Positions 59,136 through 64,000 of a stretch of 64,000 bases of DNA are shown one piece after another. The stretch lies in assembly GCA_963842525.1 (NCBI GenBank), contig CAWJGT010000003.1:1088001-1152000 (forward strand), read 5' to 3'. Each line of letters starts with the position of its first letter. Positions within the stretch are counted from its first letter, which is position 1. The position numbers were made by a program, and so were the translations under genes. Under the pieces are notes generated by a model, which saw nothing but the letters and a program-made list of their open reading frames with translations, was not told the origin of the DNA and made no database searches. Source of the DNA: an uncultured Holophagales bacterium. GTDB lineage: Bacteria; Acidobacteriota; Thermoanaerobaculia; Multivoradales; UBA5704.

Positions 59136-60290
59136 CGACTACCCCTTTCGCGGTTCCTCAACCCGTTGATCGACGGAATGGCAATGATGCGTCGAATCTC
59201 TTGGTACTTGAAGCCGTCGACTGGCCCCTTCTCTACGAAGATCCAACGATGGGAGTTGGGCACGACCATCAAGCGGTTCGCTTTGGGAAGGCCGTAGCGC
59301 AACCGCCTGCTGCCTCGTGGCGGCGGATTGATCTTGATGAGGAACCACCGTGTTCCCCCGCGACCTTGGACCCCTTGCAAGGAGGTAAAGCACGCTTTTC
59401 CGCCCATAGAGTCCCACAGGCATCGAAGGCCTTTGAACTTCTTCGAATGCCGTTAGGCCTGTTGGCTGCGGTTGCATAGAGCCTCCGGAATGCCATAGCA
59501 GTAAAGGTCTCCAGCGTTGCAAGTACCTTTGCTCCTCAAATCAATGGTGCCTGGACCCCAGGGAAAAGCGAGACTTGTGGAGGTCTCGGGGATGGGACGC
59601 GATGGCTCGATCTCGAAGCGGCCACTCCTCTTGAAGCGTCTTCCCGACATGGCTGCCTTCGAGGCTAGTCATCACCGCTCTTCTTGTCAAGCCTGGCCCC
59701 CGCCCCGGGAGAATCTCGCCTACACCTGCGCAGTACCTTACCGTCGTTCTTGGACACGCCGAGTGGGCTTTTGTTGGGGAGGGATGGTCATTGTGCTTCA
59801 ATTCGCTCGCGTTCCAAACACCCACGCCTCTTCCATGAGGAGGAAATAGGCCGTATCCCCAATAACTGCAATCCAAGGGTAACCCAGTTGATAGAAGTTG
59901 CCGTAAGCAACGAGGCCATCACCCGCGACCTCTCAGTCGTAGATGATCCGCATCTCCGCCGATCCGTAATCGCATCACGTCTATGGACTCCGTCGCAGTT
60001 GAGATTCCCGCCATTGGGAGTACCCCAGACCGCCCCAGCCGCCCCGCCAAGCCTCCTTTCCGAGAAAGGAGGCTCCGCGCCCTCTGCTTCCGGTGCAGAG
60101 CCAGCTGCATCCCCTCCGAGAACAGCGAGGCCCAGCACGGTGGTAAGCCAAACGACTCGCACACTCTTTCATCACCGTCACTCCCTCACGGCATACCTGC
60201 CAGAGGCCTGCCGTTCGGCGGGGCCCCAACGAAGGCTTCTTTTAAGGCGCCAGTGATGTCGCTGACGCTTGCTCATGCAGAGTTCACAGC

Positions 60291-61772
60291 TCAGCCGGCT
60301 GGCGCTGGATTGAGGGCGACCTGGAAACGGGCGAAGTGGAGCTTCGCGAGTTCGGGTGGGATCTCGGGCTTGGGTTGCTCCCAGTACATGGGACGGATGA
60401 AACCCTCGCGCCCCTGCGCAAGGGCGTGCAGCCACTCCTCTTTCACGTGGGGAGAGAGGCTGGCCCGTGACGACCAGCAGAGCTGGAAGAGGTCCGCCTC
60501 CTCGATCTTCCGCAACAGCGCCGGATTCCACTCCTCGCCTGAACGCAGCTCCCGAACATCCCGCAGGTATTTGAAACCCAGGACGGTGTAGGCCTGCTCC
60601 AATTGATCGACCAGCAGCGAGTCCTTGTGGGAGTAGGAGACGAAGACCGACTGGTAGAGGGAGGCGGTGGCCCACTGGTCCGGCACCTCTCCCGCGTCCC
60701 CTTCGGCCAGCACACGCATCTGGAGCGGGATCTCCGCGACCAGGATGGGACCGACGAAGCAGCGCACGCTCCCGAGGAGCGGCATGCCAGGGGTCTGATC
60801 GGTGACAGAGCGGAATCGGAAGTTGGCGCGATGCCAGTCCTCGAGCCAGAGCACGGAGGTGCGCGGCGGGTTGAAGCGGCAGCCGGTCAGCTCGGGGACG
60901 AAGGTAATCTCGGCCTCGCGGGCGATCAGGCTGAGGGATTCAGCGCTGCTCTTGCGGAAGCCTCCCTTCTTCGCCCCCAGCACAGCCCGGCTGTCTTTCT
61001 CGATCTCCGCCAACGCGCTCGGCAGATGGCAATAGGCAAGGAGGGTGTGCCAGGCTCCCGGGCGCACAACGCGCGGCGCATAGGCGGAGAACTGGACCTC
61101 TTCGAGCGCCGGCTCCGCCTCCGAAGCGAGATCCACCCCGCCGCGCGTCAGCTCCGGGACCTCCGGCTCGCTGGAGCCGCTGGCCGGTGCATCAGGGGAG
61201 AGCACGCCCTCGGCTCCGATGCCGAACGACCGCAGGCCCCGCGTGGTGTCGAGCTCCAGCCGGCGTCCTTCAGGGAGGATCGCGACGGGTTCGTGGAAGA
61301 TCGGTCCGTGGAAGATCGGGATGTGTAGGACTGAAGTCTGCGGCTTCTGACCGCGCTCCCGCAACTCGACCCTGATTCCAATCATGGCCGGGTTCCAGGT
61401 CTCTTCCACGGCGCGGACCCGGAGACGGTCGCGGAATTCGTGGATTACGCTGGAGGCGCTGCGTTCCCCGATCCGCAACACCTGACCGCTGCCACCCGTG
61501 GCATTGGCGAACCGGAATGCCGAGCTTTCGAGGGTATAGACGGTCGAGAAGCTGCTCGCCGCGTTTGTCCGCAGACGGAATGAGACCGTGATGTCGCCGC
61601 CGGTTAGCGAAATGCTCTTCGGGTGGCAGTCGACACTTTCGAGGATCAGCACTCTATTCTCCACTTCTACCGGCACCGAGTCTTCATGCGGGCCCGTCGC
61701 ACCTTCGGAACTCTTATCGTGAGCGTTGGGCCGTCTGTCAGCGGCCGCTTCGCCGAGTTGGCAACACGCCAT
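60291..61772 (-). CDS. Protein with C-terminal TIR domain; start uncertain
   Basis: VFVSYSHKD, LRSGEEW, SPHVKEEW; upstream beta-rich domain (VQFSAYAP, FNPP...WLEDWH). Confidence 0.8.
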   Translation of the reverse strand: MACCQLGEAAADRRPNAHDKSSEGATGPHEDSVPVEVENRVLILESVDCHPKSISLTGGDITVSFRLRTNAASSFSTVYTLESSAFRFANATGGSGQVLRIGERSASSVIHEFRDRLRVRAVEETWNPAMIGIRVELRERGQKPQTSVLHIPIFHGPIFHEPVAILPEGRRLELDTTRGLRSFGIGAEGVLSPDAPASGSSEPEVPELTRGGVDLASEAEPALEEVQFSAYAPRVVRPGAWHTLLAYCHLPSALAEIEKDSRAVLGAKKGGFRKSSAESLSLIAREAEITFVPELTGCRFNPPRTSVLWLEDWHRANFRFRSVTDQTPGMPLLGSVRCFVGPILVAEIPLQMRVLAEGDAGEVPDQWATASLYQSVFVSYSHKDSLLVDQLEQAYTVLGFKYLRDVRELRSGEEWNPALLRKIEEADLFQLCWSSRASLSPHVKEEWLHALAQGREGFIRPMYWEQPKPEIPPELAKLHFARFQVALNPAPAG

Positions 61773-63753
61773 GCTCGCGGAGAGCCCGCAGAAGCTGCTT
61801 CAAGCTTTCTTCTCGATCTCCTGCGAAGAACTCCAGCCGGTGCACGCCAGCAAGCAGATAACGAAACTGAGCCTCTATCTTTGTATCGTCCAGGCATACA
61901 GGCAGTATCACCTTGTGGATGTCAGAGGCAATGTCGAGTTCCTTCGGGACTTGTTCCGATTCCATGGAGTTTTTCGATACTAAAAATACAACGACCCGAC
62001 AGTTGTCGATGGCGGAGACGATGGCTTCGCGCCACTGGACACCACCAGAGATCATGTCCTTGTCGCGCCACGCGCGGATGCCGTATGCCTCCAGGTCTGC
62101 CGTCAGTCGCTCGGCTTCCTTCTCGTCCTTCCGGGAATAGCTGATGACGACAGGGTAAGGTTCGGCCGTTGCCCCCCAGCGTTCCGCCGGCCGTCCTGTG
62201 AGGCCGGTGAGCAATTCCGTGGCATCCACGTGACGCGACGAGGGGTCCGATGCCAGCGCCCGGCGCAGGGCCGCCTGCAGAGGGCCAGGAGGGAATAAGC
62301 CCTCCGCGTCCGACGGGGTGGGCGGACCGATATTCCGCGCCGCACCGGCCGCGCACAGACAGCAAACGGTGGCAGCGATGGCGTAGACATCGGTAGCAGG
62401 CTCCAGGGTTCTCGCACCGGCCATATTCACCTCAGGTGCCACTACACGCGGATAGGCATAAACCGGGCAGCCGCGTCGAGCGATTAGCAGCAAGGCCTGT
62501 CCCCCGAGCAGCCAGCGGTTCCCAAGGCTGCGGAATACAGTGTAGGGCGAGACAAAACCGTGAACCCAACCAGCCCTGTGCAAGACGGACACGGCCTGTG
62601 CGAGGGCCAGCGCCAGCGCTTGGCCCTCGCCGGGGCTTAGGATGGGGCGTGCCTTCCTTCGCCTTTGCGCAACGCAGGTATCTTCGTCCAACGGGGAGGC
62701 AATGACGATGCGGCGTCCCCATTCCGGCTCCGCCTGAAACCATTTTTCCAGCGGCAGCAGATGTTCGTCCGTCACCTGGCGGCGCGCCTTGAACTCCTCT
62801 GTGGCCGATTTGATCAAGCCGAAATCTCCCGGCACTACTGTCAACAAATACCGGTCGCTCATCTCTTGCTCAGCCGCATCTAGGAGCCAGAAGCGTGGTT
62901 TGAGCAGGAGAGCGCGATTGACAACGAAGCCTTTGCGGATCTCGCCGCGAATTGCACCCTCCTTCTCACCGTCCCGAGCCGTCTGGCTCTTCGGGACGGG
63001 CACCCCCTCAGTGGCCCGCAGGACGCTGCGGATAAGTCCAGGACGGCATGCATCTCCCCACAACTCCGCGACAGCCTTCTGCGCTTCCAGGGGCGTTAGC
63101 CGGCCGGTGTGGGCAGCGGCGTTACGATGGATGTCGACGGCCTGCTGGAGGCGGTAGCACAGCCTACCGTCCCGCCACCAGCGGTTGGGCCGCAAGAGGT
63201 TGCTCTGCATCCAGCGTTTCAAATCCCCCAAGAGACCGGGCTCGTTTGCCCTGCATTCCTTCAGCTTTGAAAAAAGCAGGGCCGAGAACTTCAGACCGGG
63301 CAGTGGCTTGCCGTGCCGGACGAAGTAAGCCAAGCTGGTCAACTCCTGACTGGGCCAGCCGGCTTCCGGAGTCGCCATCCGCCTTGCAAGGGACATGGCA
63401 TCTCGGAAGGGGCGGAAGATCTTCCGCTCGACCTCGATCTCGACCGCCTTGAACAAGCACAGGATCACGGGCGAAAAGTCAATCTCAGGCGCTTCTGTCT
63501 GACCGAGTTGCTTGCCGGTGAGCTCCAGCACCTTGTCGCGCTCGGCGGCGACCTCTTCAAGCATCTCGTGGAAGACCTGCGACGTGACGAGGCAGGAACG
63601 AGTCCGCTTGTCGAGCCGGGTCCAAAGGTCGTGACCCAGGCGGCCCTGTAGAGCCGAGGCGGCCTTCGATAGGTAGACTAGGGCCGCGCTGCCGGCCCCG
63701 GCCGCGCGTACCGAACGGCTGTCTCCCGAAGTGTCTTGACCGGAAAACGCCAT
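61738..63753 (-). CDS. HEPN-like + degenerate kinase + TIR fusion
   Basis: DFSPVILCLFKAVEIE and RNAAAH (RxxxxH); kinase C-lobe (APE, TDVYAIA) lacking HRD and DFG; TIR VVISYSRKD...SEQVPKE. Confidence 0.75.
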   Translation of the reverse strand: MAFSGQDTSGDSRSVRAAGAGSAALVYLSKAASALQGRLGHDLWTRLDKRTRSCLVTSQVFHEMLEEVAAERDKVLELTGKQLGQTEAPEIDFSPVILCLFKAVEIEVERKIFRPFRDAMSLARRMATPEAGWPSQELTSLAYFVRHGKPLPGLKFSALLFSKLKECRANEPGLLGDLKRWMQSNLLRPNRWWRDGRLCYRLQQAVDIHRNAAAHTGRLTPLEAQKAVAELWGDACRPGLIRSVLRATEGVPVPKSQTARDGEKEGAIRGEIRKGFVVNRALLLKPRFWLLDAAEQEMSDRYLLTVVPGDFGLIKSATEEFKARRQVTDEHLLPLEKWFQAEPEWGRRIVIASPLDEDTCVAQRRRKARPILSPGEGQALALALAQAVSVLHRAGWVHGFVSPYTVFRSLGNRWLLGGQALLLIARRGCPVYAYPRVVAPEVNMAGARTLEPATDVYAIAATVCCLCAAGAARNIGPPTPSDAEGLFPPGPLQAALRRALASDPSSRHVDATELLTGLTGRPAERWGATAEPYPVVISYSRKDEKEAERLTADLEAYGIRAWRDKDMISGGVQWREAIVSAIDNCRVVVFLVSKNSMESEQVPKELDIASDIHKVILPVCLDDTKIEAQFRYLLAGVHRLEFFAGDREESLKQLLRALREHGVLPTRRSGR

Positions 63754-64000
63754 TAGCGCTATTCTAGTTTGACGGGGGGCCGAGTGGCGGCGGTTTGCCC
63801 TTCCGCAGGCATGATTAGTAGAGGCCGACAACGCCCCCGAACTCAGGCCGGCGATTCATGAAGGGCTTTCCGGGAGAGGTTCGAACCCTCTTACCCTCAC
63901 TGTTTTAAGTCCGACTGCTTCCATCTCCTCGTCAGTCTCGAAGATACCGGCCGATTCTAGCTGAAACTGCGGTCGACCTCCAGGTTCCAGCACAGTCTGG

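Noticed and set aside
59400-63850. attC-like cores near the TIR genes (GCCTAAC ~59452, GCCCAAC ~61725, GTTGTCG ~63826 on the minus strand)
   Set aside because: The cores do not pair per gene as they do at 29.5-31.6 kb and I could not build full attC hairpins; needs a covariance search
63860-63900. GGTTCGAACCC resembling a tRNA T-loop
   Set aside because: No cloverleaf, acceptor stem or CCA could be built

Overview
High-GC bacterial window. Gene content (VWA protein of the acidobacterial type, wHTH-TPR regulator, REP-like hairpins) suggests Acidobacteriota, probably Thermoanaerobaculia; this is an inference. No rRNA, tRNA, CRISPR array, transposase or integrase was recognised. About ten otherwise intact genes carry single-base frameshifts, probably long-read errors, so several CDSs were reconstructed across frames. 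Main content: (1) 2.7-8.6 kb, a toxin-antitoxin patch with intact antitoxins and deleted toxins; (2) a secreted HzsA-like diheme protein; (3) a ~10 kb island between two MFS gene fragments, holding a CHAT protease / SPFH-like / STAND-like NTPase-HEAT operon convergent with a TPR / caspase / TPR / DUF4384 operon; (4) a helical protein-PspA-AAA+ operon followed by an orphan deaminase-fold effector and a MazF TA pair; (5) a 21-bp-periodic array next to three integron cassettes without an integrase, the first encoding a TIR protein; (6) ordinary genes at 32-58 kb with several deletion scars; (7) three TIR proteins at the right end, including a HEPN-pseudokinase-TIR fusion. The strongest novelty candidate is the CHAT operon: the CHAT C-terminus has two beta-type pseudo-repeats matching one motif at the frameshift-hidden N-terminus of the NTPase, the layout of HET-s/NWD2- or BASS-type amyloid signalling.
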